From assembly GCF_009914755.1 (NCBI RefSeq), contig NC_060947.1: a stretch of DNA of 64,000 nucleotides. One strand, 5' to 3'. The notes below the pieces were generated by a model. It ran no database searches. It was not told the DNA's origin and saw nothing but the letters and a program-made list of their open reading frames with translations. The number at the start of each line of letters is the position of its first letter. Position 1 is the first letter of the stretch. Source of the DNA: the human T2T-CHM13v2.0 reference genome, Homo sapiens. The translations under genes were made by a program, and so were the position numbers. This document shows, piece after piece, positions 30,248-53,197 of this stretch.

Positions 30248-30759
30248 TAGAACTGATTTTTGCTTATGGTGTAAAGGAGGGGTCCAATTCCTTTTTTCTT
30301 CCTAATGGATACCCAATTGTCCTACATTATTTAAAAGCCTGTCCATTCCTCATTGCTGTGCAGTGCTATTTCTGTCACACATCAAGTGTCCATTTACGTA
30401 TGAGAGTGTTTTCAGGTTCTCTATTCCTTTCTGGTCTATTTGAGCATCTCTAAACCCATACCTTATTATCTTGTTTACTATAGCTTTATAATAAGTCTTG
30501 GTATCTGGTAGAGCAAGACCTCCTTCCTTGTTCTTCAAGAGCATTTTGGCTATTCCCGACCTTGTGCATTTCCATGTAGACTTTAAACTTAGCTTGTCAA
30601 TTTCAAAACTGTTGGGATTGCATCTTATCTATGAAATCTATCTAGGAAGAATAGACATCCCTGCAATATTGAGTCTTCCAGTCCTTAAACACAGTATGTC
30701 TCTCCATTTACTTATATCTTTTTAAATGTCTCGAGATATAATTCCCCCCCCACCCCCGC

Positions 30760-31333
30760 CGAGACGAAGTCTTACTCTGTCACCCAGGCTGGAATGCGGT
30801 GGTGCAATCTTGGCTCACTGTCATCTTGACCTCCTGGGTGCAAGTGATCCTTCCGCCTCAGCTTCCTAAGTAGCGGACTACAGGTGCATGTCACCCATTT
30901 TTTTTTTCTTGAGACAGAGTGTCGCTCTGTTGCCCAGGCTGGAGTGTAATGGTGCGATCTCAGCTCACTGAAACCTCCGTCCTCCCAGGTTCAAGTGATT
31001 CTCCCTGCCTCAGCCTCCCAAGTAGCTGGGATTACGGGTGCCTGCCACCACGCCCAGCTAATTTTTTATATTTTTAGTAGAGATGGGGATTTGCCATGTT
31101 GGCCAGGCTGGTCTCAAACTCCTGACCTCAGGTGATCCGCCTGCCTTAGCCTCCCAAAGTGCTGAGATTACAGGTGTGAGCCACGGAGCCTGGCCTAATT
31201 TTTGTATTTTTGTAGAGACTGGACCTTGCTATGTTACCCAGGACAGTCTCAAACTTCTGGGCTCAAGTGATCCGCCTGCCTTGGCCTCCAAAAGTACTGG
31301 GATTACAGGCATGAGCCACTGTACCCGGTCTCA
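30760..31333 (-). mobile_element. AluS (about 30897-31195) nested in the central linker of an AluJ
   Basis: Outer right arm 30760-30896 and left arm 31196-31330 flank a complete Alu. Confidence 0.9.
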
Positions 31334-31392
31334 ATAAATTTTATAATTTATTCTGTAAATGTCTTGACATCTTTGTTAGATTTATTCCTAGG

Positions 31393-31744
<352 letters not shown>

Positions 31745-31788
31745 TAACACTAAAACTTTCAAACACATACAAGGATATAGTGTAATGA

Positions 31789-32287
<499 letters not shown>

Positions 32288-32408
32288 TAGTTTGTCCTTT
32301 AGTTTCTGTAGAGTCTGGATTTTTCTGACTGTGTCCCTGTGGTATCTTTAGTATGTCTCTCTGTCCTTTGTATTTCCTGCAAATAGGTAATAAAACCTAG
32401 AGGCCTAA

Positions 32409-32843
<435 letters not shown>

Positions 32844-34369
32844 CCTTGTATATTGATTTTATATCAGCAACCTTTCTAAACCTTGCTACTAATTCTAATT
32901 GTCTACAGATTCCTTTGAATTCTACACACAGAATCATATCATCTGCAAATTTTTTCCCTTTCTAGTAATGTTAGTTGTAGGTTTACTATACATGTCCTTT
33001 ATCAGGTTAAGTTCCCCTCAATTCATAGTTTATGAGACTTTTAATCTGATTGGGTTTTGAATTTTACCAAATGCTTTTTCTGCATCTATTGATATGACTA
33101 TGTGGATTTTCTTCTTCAGTCTGTTAATCTAGTGGATCGGCTGATTGGTTTTCAAATGCTGAACCAGCTATGCATTCCCAGTACAAATTCCACTGGCTCA
33201 TAATATATTATCTTTTTAATATATTACTGGATTCAATTTGCTAATATTTTGCTGAGGATTTTTACTTCTGTGTTCATGACAGATACTGGTATGTAGTTTT
33301 CTTTTCTTGAACTGCCTTTACTGAATTTTGGTATCAGGGTAATGTTGACATCATAAAATGATTTGGGAAGTATTATTTTCTATTTTCTTAAAGAGGCTGT
33401 CTTCCATATCTCTTACTCGCTCTTGTTCACTGAAGTTTTTATGTATTTATTTTTGGTTGGGGGAAAGACATTTATTGGAAAATACTGCGAACTCTCAGTA
33501 ATAGTATCAAAGTCCATCTCCATATATTACCCACGTGGCATACAGAGGAGGCTGATAAAGGCTTGCTTTGGGGATTCTTTTGGTGCAAGTCAATATGTGC
33601 TATTAGTCAGAACTAAAAGGCATAGAATCTTTGGAAACAAACAGAATTGAGGAATTTTTTGACAGGTTAAGAGACAAAATCGTGTGACCTTGTGAAGCTT
33701 ATGTTACAATGTAGAGAGTATCTTATAATAAATGTTCTTAAGCTTAAAACAAAAATACAGGTTCCCAGGAAAAAACTGTGGCATAGTCTCATGTGGTGTG
33801 ATGACAGAGGAATGAAATTGATTTTTACCAGACACTGCAGAAATAAACATTAGCTCTTTTAGCTCAGTAAGTGCACAGAAACCGTGTTAGGGTTAAGGTC
33901 AACCTGGAAGGAAATTTCAAACACATGCCTACCAATTTATTGATGGCTTAGATCAGGATCTTGTAGGCAAGGCAAGGGGAGGGATGACAGAGTCCGGGAG
34001 CTAAAATATATTGAAGGGCTAAATTGATGTGCCTAGAGTAAGGCATTTGGGTCCGAAAAAACTGATTTCTCATCTAGAAAATGTGAAGAATGTGACTTGG
34101 TAGCAATATATTTGATCAAAGTTTTGGGGGTCTGGCTGATACAATTGTTTCAAATCTTTCTTGTTAGTATTGGATGCCCACTGACATCCCAGAGGCCAAT
34201 TCAGTTTCCAAGCAAAGGAAAATTGATCTTTCTCTTCTGCCAGGAATAGCTTCCTATACCCCCAAAGTCCTATTCAGGTCTTGGGGTACACACTGCCCAG
34301 TGGGCCTCTTTCTTATCATCTCAGTTAGAATCCTTTTCTCCCTCTATATATTTTGCAACTTTAACAGTT

Positions 34370-35400
<1,031 letters not shown>

Positions 35401-35534
35401 AGATTCTAATTTTGTTACTGCATGTTTCCCCCTGGATGTTCCTCTGGTTCTTTTTAAAATCTGCTATGTCATTAACATTTTTTTTCTGCTCTCTGAAGAT
35501 ATTTTACAAGCTTATTATTGATTTTTAAAAACCT

Positions 35535-35858
<324 letters not shown>

Positions 35859-36535
35859 TTATTTTTAAAATCTTTGTCTCTTAATTCCAATATATGCAGT
35901 AGGTTTGGGTTTGTTTCTACTATCTGTCATTTCTGTTGGGTCTTACTTGTTTCCTTGTGTGCCTGATAATTTTGACTTGCTGGCTACTGCCCTGGAAAAA
36001 GTTTATGTCGGGCGGATAGGATGAAGTTAGTGGGGGTTAGGATAAAAGTGTTTGCCTTCAGAGACTTTCTGTTTATACCATACATCTGAAACTATTAGTA
36101 AAGAAAGGGGAAACTTCAAATCAAGTACATGGCTTCAGCTCCCCTGGCTGCCCCAGGCTGTGTGTACCTGGGTGCAAATCCATTCAAGGTGGACTGGTGG
36201 CCACAATTTGGAAGTTTGTTCCCAATTTCCTCATCTTTTGCTTTGCTCAGTGACAAGGCAGCTTTCTCTATAGTCCTCCGGTGTTGAAGGGAAATAAGGG
36301 TATGCTTATCTGTTTCCTTTTAGCCTGGGGGGACTGCCTCTTGCACTCCTAACAATGAGGAGGGTCTTCTAACAGATTCCCCAACTTGTACTGGCCTTAG
36401 ATCTTAACCTTGGTTCTCTGGCACAGAAGTGTTCAGTAATGACAAATGCCCTGTTTGCAAAATGGGCCACTTGGTAACTCTGATATTCCACTTATCATTC
36501 TTATTAAAGGCTTTCACATAAAAATTGGTCACTGA

Positions 36536-37157
<622 letters not shown>

Positions 37158-38590
37158 CCTGATACCTTTTCAGCTATTCAGTGCTTTCAAGGTCATTTGA
37201 AAAACATATTTTCTGCGGCACTTTTCATTTTTTTTCATCAGGAGGATTTATCCAAATAATCTCATCCACCATTACAGGAAATAGGAAGCAAATCTGCTTT
37301 TTGCACTGCCATCACTCAGGATTCCTCCAGAGGACTCAGAGTTCTAGAAATTGGTGAAACATTTATATAGATGATCTGACTAGGCAGAAGAGGTCTGGAA
37401 TCTACACAATTATTTTCAATAAATGCCCATAATATATGGTAACATTAAAGAAGACATTCTGTAAAATGTAAATATCAGTAAGAATATAATGGCATCATCA
37501 CGGCAACGACTTAAAGATTGCTTTCCTCCTGCTTATGCTTGAACTGTTTCTCGAAGATCAGACTGAAAGACAATGCCAGATGGAAGGCTGCTGCTTCTCC
37601 ATTTGGGCCCACGTTTCCTTATGTATAAAATGATGGCATCTGAAGTCCTCATCAGCTCCAACATTCTAAATTTAATACTATTTTTTGGGGAAACATGGGA
37701 TAGCTGAAAGAGGCGATCAAGCAAAAGAGATTAACTGAGAAATCTCTTAACTAGTGAGAAAAATAGATAAAAGCAGGTAGAAATTTCTATGGACTCAATG
37801 TCTTTGGTCTCTTTTAGCTGGGTTCAAGTATTTTAGGAGGAACTGGCAGGATGCTTAATGGCTGTTATTTTTTGCCACATGAAACAAAACTCAGACATTA
37901 TCTCTTTTGTGCTAGAAATAATCTGGTATATTGCCCAAGTACCAACAAAGGTAAAACCATCAATATTTTCCAAAAGACAGTTCAACTAAGGAAACGGTAA
38001 CAATAATAGCAGAAATAGATTTTATCAAAATATACAGTGATCTGTGACTCCTTTTCTCTCAGTTAAAAACAGTGCCTAAAACCCCTAACTTTAGCCTGCT
38101 TTTAGGGCTTAAACTTTCTAGCAGAAAAGGTATTTTTAAAGGACTGGCAAGGTAAAGAACAAAGCTTCTGACTACCTCCTTCTAACAGTGAAATACATTT
38201 TATCTTCAAATACTCTGAGTGACACTGAAGCACTGCACCTACATTTTTTGCTGGTGGTGGGAATGGGATGGGCATGAAAGCATGTAGAAGGGCAAGGAGA
38301 ACGTACATTTTTTTAATGCCATTCTAAAACAATTATAACAGCATATAGGAGTGGAGGGCTCTGCTGTGAGACCATGACTTGGCTCAGGGCTGCTCATCCA
38401 ATCTCTTTCCAGACCTTCCTTTCTTTTTGTGTAAAATGAAGCCCTGACTCTGCAACTAGGATCTCACTAGATACTGAAGATATAGAATTCTTGGATGACT
38501 AATTTAAATTTTGTTTGGCTCGTAAAGGAAGGAATATATCAAACAGGTTTTACACTCTAAAATAATATAAAATTGGAAAATGGATGGTCA

Positions 38591-38836
<246 letters not shown>

Positions 38837-40520
38837 CTATAAAACAGGAGTTCGTAAGAAAGGATGCCATAGTGATGTGAAAGAGAAGTTAGCTCTAATG
38901 TCATAACCACACACCAACAGTTACAATACAAACAGGACATCAGATGGTGAAAGCAAAAACGATGCATGGAAATACGACACAAAAAACTTCTACCGCTAGA
39001 AACAATGTACTAGTAATCTTTGATGAGTATAGCTTCAAAACTTTGCTGTTTTTATTTGGAAGGAACACTTGAAATACTTGTTTAATAAAAATAAAGACTT
39101 AATTTATGCTTTTACTGTAACAGAATAGGCCTCTAATTATAGAAAAGTATGCTCGCTCTTTTTTAAACCTGCATTGGTGATGCTGGCATTATGGATACGT
39201 TGTCATGACTGCGTGGCAGCCTTTAAGCCATAAATACTAGCAGTCAGGATAGGTTTTAACCCTAAAGCAGCACACGATATAAAATTAGCAAGAACTCTGG
39301 GTTGGTATCTTGCTGTAGAATGCTTATATGACAACTGGCAGTGTGTCTACACATTGCTGATAAAGTTAAGTGTAACTCAAACAATTTTTTAAAAGTTAAA
39401 AAAAGCTTCATTTTTTTCTAATTTAGGTTTTAGGTTTGTATTTTACTCTTCTGAGAGAATAAAAATGAATTTGAACCCTAGCTTCCCCCAATGTAACACT
39501 TGAAATCAGCACAGAGCTTCAAGACATGCATAGTTCAAGGCTCTGAGTTTTATGATATGTGAGTTTACTTAGGAAATAGATTAGCATTCAAGGGTTTATT
39601 ATATGGCAGCATTTTATGAATTATTTTATTTTTTAAATGCTTTAAGATAAGGTAATTCATACCCAATGTTCCATCAATTATACAGTCTTAAGACAAAATT
39701 ATGGGTGAATTCTATCAGGTACTAATTTATACATATCTTAACACTAAATCTGATTATTTTTAATACCATATTTCAAGATAAAAATCCCATAAAAATTCTA
39801 TCTCTTGAAATTAAAATTGAATATTAATGTTTAAGTCACTGTAAAACCAACCTGAAGACTTTGGAACCACTGTGTGATTTTTCTGTTTATTTTCAGCAAT
39901 CCAGCCTATAAAATTACAAGTCTCTGCATTTGCATTTAAAATCTATACCTCTAAAGTGCTGGCAATTTGAAAGTTACTTGCCAGTGTTAGGCAGCACTTA
40001 ACTTTTCATGTTTGAACTAACACAGGTATATCAGGATGTGAAGCTAAGATAATTTATATTCTTTTCTTATTTTTCATTGCAAATGGCTTTTAGAAATACA
40101 CATGCAAATACAAATTTAAGAAAAAGCTTTCAACTTCAGAAAATTTTTGCTTAAAAATGTTCATCAGCATTTTAAGAATAACTTTTTAGTTAGTCTTAGA
40201 ATTCTAAGAATTTTATAACCTTTAAAATTCTTTTGCATGCCAGAGGCAGGCCCACAGCCACCCCCAAAGGCTGAATTCTTAACCATTAATATAAAATTAT
40301 CAGGTTGAAATTACAATAACCATTACAGCTACAAAGATGTGAGGAAAAATTCTTTATAGAGAATTAGTCATGTGTAATGTGTTAAAATGAAATGGTACAA
40401 GCTCTCAATGCTCAAATGTTATGGTCCAAAATGCAAACATTATGGGATGGAAAGGGTTAATAAAGGATTGGCTATTAGCTGCTCAGTTTAGAGAAGTTTC
40501 TATAGAGGATATCTATTCAC

Positions 40521-40556
40521 CTGTCGTCCTTTTGGTTGGGTAGTTGATGGCAAGTC
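40521..40556 (-). CDS. CASK: CASK exon 20, 36-nt cassette DLPSTTQPKGRQ
   Basis: ctacag|GAC...CAG|gtgaa; phase 0-0; known alternative linker exon. Confidence 0.95.
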
Positions 40557-41921
40557 CTGTAGAATAAAGCCAACCCAGGAGAAAAATTTTCATTTATTTT
40601 TCAAGAGTACAAAGTAATTTGTGTGTTCTGTTACAATATGGTTAAAAAAATGAGCTAGATTTAAGTTGTAAAGAGATAATATACATTATTCCATTTATCA
40701 GAAATGTTGAGTTATCAAAAAGTCAAACCCAGGCCATTTAGCAGCAAGCTGAAGAAAGCAGGTAAGTTTAAGCAGAGAGAAAATGTGTTCTTAAGAAACA
40801 ACTCAGCATCTTCAACACAAAAGCCACTGCAAGTGAAACAGCCTATTAAAAAAAAAAATAAATAAAAGGAGCTGTTGCCCTTTTCAACTTAGTCACTGCA
40901 ACCATTTAGATTTTGAAAAATTCAATGGCTATATGGCTTTTCATCATCTTAAAAGTATTAAATGTTAACTGTTATGAATGAATTCCTTTGGTAGCCTATT
41001 TTAAAGTTGAAAATAAAGTCATAGACAATTTTCTTTCATAATTTCTCTTACGATATACTTAGAATATCATTCCATTTGAGATAATTTCTAAATTATTTAC
41101 AATTTTACCTGATAAAAAAGTTGATATATTCTCAAAGGGCAAATTAAAAGTCAGGAAAGAAGAATACTGCTGCATTATTAGAACTCTCAATAATTTTAAC
41201 TGGGTCATAAACAGCAGTATTAGCAACCAAAATATTGCCAGTCTGCACCTGTTAAGTGCTTCCATTTGTTTAAATAAGTTAAAAACAATTCTTTCTATAT
41301 TCCAAAATGGATAGTTCTGAAAAAATTTAAAACTCCAAGTTCAAGTCAAATATAAAGTACTTTGTGTTAAAGATGTGATAACAGCGTGGCTTAAGTGCAG
41401 TTTGAAGCCAGTTCTTTTTGCTTTTCATATCCAGGCAAGGCTTATAATTCACAAAAATATGTGCACGTACCACAATAACAGAGGGCACACCAATTCGTAA
41501 ACTTAGATAGCGGAAACTAAAACATGTTGCTGATATCACTCAGAATAGAAAACTACAAAGCCCAAGAATACCCAAATGCCTACTCTGCAAAATTCTTACA
41601 TTTATCTTTTTCAAATTAAAAAATATTTAGAAGTTTAAACAAATTTCCGTTTACATCCTTTGCATAGGTTTGAGCAAAGTCATACATACAAATGGGGTGG
41701 CATAGAAATATTTTTAGAATGACCAAAGCAGTCTTGAACTATATTTCTTCAAATTTAACTATTGAAGGGGATTTTTAATGAGAAGGAAATGTTGAAAAAG
41801 ATTTTCCAGGAGTAAAGTGCATTGTAGCTGTAGTAGCCTTGTATATCAGCAGAAGACACTATTTCCACTGAACACATGTAACTAGAACACTCATGGCAGG
41901 TGAGCACCAACAAAATTGTCA

Positions 41922-42083
<162 letters not shown>

Positions 42084-42939
42084 TCAACAGTAACAACCAC
42101 AGTCTGACAACCATTTCCTTTGAGGTTTGAGCTGTATAGGTGCCATACTGACTTGCTTGCATGATTTCACAGAAGTATGAAAAAAATTTTGCAGTTCGAA
42201 GGCTCACATATTTTAAGTGATGACTGTGTCATTCATTAATCAATTCTTTCCTATCTCTAACATTCTATACCTTTTCTTTCTTTTAATGAGACCCAGAAGA
42301 GTGACTTGATATTAAAACCCTATCAAGTATAAGATGACAAACATTACCATAAATTATCGTGCTGAAGATCCCAACTGCCTAATTTTTATTAAAGATTAGG
42401 TTTGAAAAGTATTTAATAATTTTTAGTACCTGTGTCAAGAGTTACTAACTGACCCAATCTGAAGAGAAACAAACCTAAGATTTCACATGTTACAATCACC
42501 TCAGAATCTTTCTATTATAGAATAAATATTATTACTAGTAAGGGTAAAAGAGATATACATCAGAGAAGAACTCTTTTTTTAAGACTATTTTAGCAGATTG
42601 ATTAAAACAATAATCTCAAGCCTATAACAATATTACACTTCCAGCAAAGATCCTAGGAGCCACAGCCACTCTTCCTATATCCAGGCTCCTCTATCGCTTG
42701 CTTTCTCTCTACTATTCTATACACTCAAAATATTTTCCAGGCTCCATTCCCTTAGTGTCCAAATCAACTTTAACGATAAGAACAAGGAGAGGAAGGAAAT
42801 AAGTACTTTTTAATTTTTGCTTCTGTAGAGTTCTTTTAAGCCTTAGAAATGTGCATGTCTTTTTAAAAGACATTTTTTTTCCCCAGATGACTTAAGAGCA
42901 TTTCTAGAACCTGTCAGCCTTAAAGGTAATGAGATCCCT

Positions 42940-43085
42940 TAGAAGAGCATTCTCATATGTTAGTGAGCAAGACTGATCTCCAGGTGCCACCCGCAGAGAC
43001 TCAAGTCAGTAGAGCCAGGGTGAGGGGCAGGGGTCTACTCTTTAACCAAGGACCTGGGGGATGCAGATGCAGGTGGCCAGAGAGC
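42940..43085. mobile_element. MER5-like hAT relic
   Basis: ctccaggtgccacccgcagagactcaagtcagtag...ggggatgcagatgcaggtggcc pattern. Confidence 0.5.
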
Positions 43086-44665
43086 CTTCTTTTTTTTTTT
43101 TTGAAGTATTGCCCTAGCTGGGAAGAGTCCAACCACAAGCTTGAATTCTGCCAGGGAACAGGAGGGCCAAAAAGGCTGGAGGTGGAGCTAGGAGAGAAGT
43201 ATCATTATTTTTTCTACTATTCAAAGGCAAAGAAGGTAAGAGGGGTTCTTCTTACTCAAGAACATAGAATTTACATCTATGATACTGGTTCCACCCCAAA
43301 CTAGTTCGACCATTTAAAAAAAAAAAGAGAAACTTATGTTGTATTAATAACTAACAGTACCTTCTGGTTAGTTAGCCAAAAAGACAAAAGTCAATTGTAT
43401 TTACTAAATTTCTTCAACAGATGAGAAATGATATAAGGACATCTGTAACTCTGGAATATTAAAATTATTTACATAGAATGTTAAGTGTGACATTCTTTGT
43501 TTCCCAGCAAAGTTTGTGTTCTAGGTAACAAATTTCAATACTCTGAATCCTGGAACAGAAGCAATTCTGCATTTTCTTTTGAAATATACTATTAATTGAA
43601 GTTCCATAAAAAGCCACCAAGAGGAGCTCAAGACCCGTTACAACGGACACCTCAATTGCCATGGCTCACCAAAAATATACTTGACAAAACTATACATTTT
43701 AATATGTATCTTCAATAGGCTTTTAAAAAATATGAAGCCTCTGATTTTTCTTATGAAATTTACACCATCACTAGAGACTAGAAGTATTACAATTCTCTCT
43801 CAGGTTCTCCTAAGTACAAATCCAATAAGTTACCTGTCAGTCTTAAAAATAAACTTTAGGAAGTGTGTACTTCATATTGATGCACATACTCTCGGAAGAT
43901 GCACATGAAAGAACAAGCTTCAATAAATAACACTCGAGCTGAACGTGCAATGACCAAAGGATGATATCATTTATGCCCATTTATATTTCCAATACAAAAA
44001 GAATAGATTTTTGAATCTCATTTAACAACCAACACAAAACTGAATAATATAGGTTGGAAGAACTATAATTTCTACAGGATAAGCCTATTTTAAGAAAGAA
44101 ACTTTGGGGCTGTATTACTCTAGAAAACTTACTTGTTTACAGATCACATACCATTCTAAATTTAAACAATTTTACAAAAGGTTGCAAAAGCCTATTTCCC
44201 TCTAGTGAAGTCAATTATCAATTCATTGCAGACTTAACTTCCATCTAGAGACCTGTCACAATTGTATGAACAACTGTATCTCAACAGAAATAGATCACTT
44301 CTCAGATCCTTAGAAAGAAGAACTATCTATGTGATTTCTTAACAAGGGAAGTGAATGAACTTCCTGGAAATATTACTGCAATTATGGCCTTTAGTTTTTT
44401 TCCCTCAGACACTCCGTTTTTTCCTTATTAAGCCTTATGTCATCATTTGTAACTTCTCTACATTTTGCTCAGATTTCAGCCTGCAAAAAGTTCAAAGTGC
44501 TGAGGAGATCCACATGGAAGCAGGGCTGAGTAGGTGGATGGGACCTACTCTGTTCCGTTATCTTTGTTGTAAAATTGGTGTGCAGTGATCTAACAGCACA
44601 GGCAGAAACAATTTCCCAGAAAGCAAAAACATACAGCCATCAGCAGACAGTTAGTTAAGAACTCA

Positions 44666-44818
<153 letters not shown>

Positions 44819-45073
44819 TCACAAAACCATGTAAGAAGCCACTCAAAACACATGGGGGCAATTAGCACAAGCCATCTGAGAGCACATAGCCGGAAAATGA
44901 AATGTAGTCATGAAGCAGGGACTGCTCGAGTTAACAGTAGAGTAAGTTCCTGGGAAAAGCCCAGCAGCCAATTGCCTTTTGCTCATACAGCAATGGTCTC
45001 ACAGATCTTCAATGGTCACCTTTTTATAGATGTGAATACAAAACTTTCTAAGTGACATGCCTTTCAAAAGTGA

Positions 45074-45496
<423 letters not shown>

Positions 45497-45515
45497 TAAT
45501 TTTGGCTTTTTTTTA

Positions 45516-45855
<340 letters not shown>

Positions 45856-46469
45856 TCATACTTAATAGGTATTCATAACCTGGGTGCTACTACACTGCAG
45901 TGGGAAAAGGGATCAGAGGCCCCAAACACCTCTGTCTGCTTGCTATGACAATGAACATAGGCAAAGGCTGTCATTTTGCCTTTTTAAAAAATCCAAAGCC
46001 TAATTTGAATACAGATTTTGGATATGTATGGTCAAAAATGGCCTGGTCTACCGTGGCTTTCCTCCCTTCTATGCTGTAGAGAAATCCACGACAGCTGGCT
46101 ATGACTCAGCTCAACAGGAAAGAGGTTTCTGACACTGCTGATGTCAGGAGAGTTGAGGTCAGTGAGAAACTAGTTCACATGTACAAACACTGAAAAGGTT
46201 TTCTTTAATCATCTGCTTGGTAAGAAACAGGAGATAAAGGATAAAAGGAGAGTGTTAAAGCCCACACTGCTAAAGACAGGCAAAATGTTTGTAAACTCTA
46301 TTGTATTTCAACATTTTTCTAGTTGTCAGTTTTATGAATGTTATATAAGTTCAAGTCCACATAAATATGGTACCAGAAATTCTCTGATTACAGAAGAATA
46401 CTCCTTATTTGTATATTTAAAAACAAGCTAACAAAGTAAAAGTCAATTTTAGGAAAGGAAAAACTTTCA

Positions 46470-46715
<246 letters not shown>

Positions 46716-46809
46716 TTAACTCATGTAGTAACCTCATCAAAACAGATATATCTACTTGTGGAAGGCACAGTTTTGATGGATGGCTGCAGAAATCTATTTT
46801 TCTGAGAGA

Positions 46810-47065
46810 GGTGGTATGTATAGTGGTTTAAAAGTATGGCTTCTGGATCCAGACTGCCTGGGTTCAAATTCCAGCTTCCTTGCTTACTAGCTTTAAGATC
46901 TTGGGTAAATTACTGAAACTCTCCATACCTCAGTTTTCACATTTGTAAAATGGAGATGAAAATAGTACCCATCTCATAGGATTGTTTTAAGAACTAAACA
47001 AATTTAATAAATGCAGAAGGCTTAGAACTGTTCTTGGCACATACCAAGCACCATGACAGTGTTGG
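46810..47065. mobile_element. MIR SINE
   Basis: ccagactgcctgggttcaaattccagct...cctcagttttcacatttgtaaaatggagat near-complete MIR. Confidence 0.85.
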
Positions 47066-47698
47066 CTGCTATCGTTATCTACCAGATATGATACGAAGGT
47101 TGTCAATTTTCCAAGAGTTGTGACATGATAATATCTACACAACAGCAAATTCTGTTAAAGATAATTTAATCTTTTGGTTGGCATTTCAGCATCTTGTAAT
47201 ACTTCAGCTAGAAAGAAATGACCAAGAACCAATGCTTAGAGTGTTATTTACAATGTTGCTTCCTTATTTATAAATTGTGCAGAAATGTACACACTGACCT
47301 GGCTTCATTACAAAAAGATACCTCTGCATGCAACAATTAAAGAATAAACATTCATCTTAAGTACACGTGGGCCATTTATAAAAACGATTAAAGTGCTATG
47401 CCATAAAGCAAGTCTCAACAAACCTCAAAGAAATGGTGTCATACAGACTACATTCTCTGACCACAATGTAATTAAGTTAGAAGTAAATTACAAAAAGATA
47501 TACAGAAAATCCTGTTAAGTGTGAAAAGTAACAGACAATTATAAATAATATAGGTCAATGAAAAATATCATAATAGAAATATAAAAATACTTAGAACTGA
47601 GTTATAAAAATGCGTCATGTCAAAACTGGTGGGATACATTAAGACAGTACTTAGAGGGAGAGTTTAGTCTTAAAGGCACATATTAGAAAAGAAGGCTG

Positions 47699-48301
47699 GG
47701 CCAGGCATGGTGGCTTCCACTTGTAATCCCAGCACTTTGGGAGGCTGAGGTGGGCAGCTCATGAGGTCAGGAGTTTGAGACCAGCCTGGCCAATATGGTG
47801 AAACCCCGTCTCTACTAAAATATAAAAATTAGCTGTGCGTGGTGGTGGGCACCTGTAATCCCCGCTACTTGGGAGGCTGAGGCAGGAGAATCGCTTGAAC
47901 CCGGAAGCAGAGGTTGCACCATTGCACTCCAGCCTGGGCGACAGAGCGAGACTCCATCTCAAAAAAAAAAAAAAAAAAAAAAAAAAGAAAAGAAAAGAAG
48001 GCTGGGCATGGTGGCTCATGTCTATAACCTCAGTGTTTTCGGAGGCTGAGTGAGGCGAGAAGATCACTAGAGGCCAGGAGTTTGAGACCAACCTGGGCAA
48101 TAAAGCAAGACTCTATCTCTACAAAGTATTAAAAAAATTAGCTGAGTGTGGTTGCCTGTAGTCCTAACTCAGGAGTCTGAGACAGGAGGATTACTTGAGC
48201 CCAGGAGTTCGAGGTTGCAGTGAGCTATGATTATGCTACTGCATTCCAGCCTGGCCGATGGAGCAAGACCCTGTCTCAAAAAAAAAAAAAAAAAAAAAAA
48301 A
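47699..48301 (+). mobile_element. Two tandem Alus (S then J)
   Basis: Alus at 47699-47998 and 48000-48301 with A tails. Confidence 0.93.
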
Positions 48302-49289
48302 GACTGGAAATAAATGAACTATGTGTCAAATTTGTAAAGTTAGCCAAAACCAATAGAAAGTTAAAAAAAAAGGAGATAATAAAAATTAGGTCATAAAACA
48401 ATGAAACAGAAAATAAACATATAATGAAGAGAATGAACCAAACCCAGAGTGGGTTTCTGAACAAACCTCTGGCAAGGTTGATCAAGAAAAAAAGAGTAGG
48501 CACAAATAAACAATATTAGAAATGAACAGGGGCATAATGACAAAGATGGCAGAGAATAAAAAGATGAGAGAATACTATGAAGAAGCTCTCTGCAATATTT
48601 TAAAACTTATTTTTTTTTAGGAAAATGTAATTTACCAAAACTCACTCAAGAAATAGAAAGCCTGGATGGCCTTTTAATGTTAAAGAAATTGAAGCAGTTG
48701 TTAAAAAACAAAAACAAAACTTTCTTAAAACTAAAAACCAAAACACTAGGCTGTGATACTTTACAGGCAAGTCCTGCCAAACTTTCAAGACACAAATCAT
48801 TCCAATATTATATAAAATCTCTCGGAGAACTGAAGAGGGAATACTCTCCAAGTCATTGTGTGAAGTAGATATAACTTTGAAACTAAAATCAGAGAAATAC
48901 AAGAGAGGAAAATTAACTACGGGCCAGTCTCACTCATAAATGCACATACTGAGATCTTATAAACAAAACATTAGCAGACAGTCGGGCAGTACATAAAAAA
49001 GATAATATGTAATGACTAAGCTGAGTTTATCTGAGAAATGCAAGGGTAGTTTATCATTAGGAAATCTTTAAAAGACATTCACCACATTAACAGATAAAAG
49101 GAAAAAAACAAATGATCATCTCAGCAGATTCTGAAAGAGCATTTGATTAAATTCAAAACCCATTCACAATTAAAATGCTCAGCAACTAAGAATATAAAGG
49201 AACTTCTTTAGCCCTAATAAAAGGCATGTACTAAAAATCTACATTATTCTTAATGAAGAAATATTGGAAAGGTTCCTTTTTAAAAAAAC

Positions 49290-49445
<156 letters not shown>

Positions 49446-49572
49446 AACTTTAGATTCCGTTTAAAAACAAGAATAGGACGGGATGTCTACTATACCACTC
49501 CTTGAAAGACTGCCGGTCCTAGCCAGTGCAGTAATATAACAAAGAGAAGTTAAAGAAATAATGATGTTTCCT

Positions 49573-53197
<3,625 letters not shown>

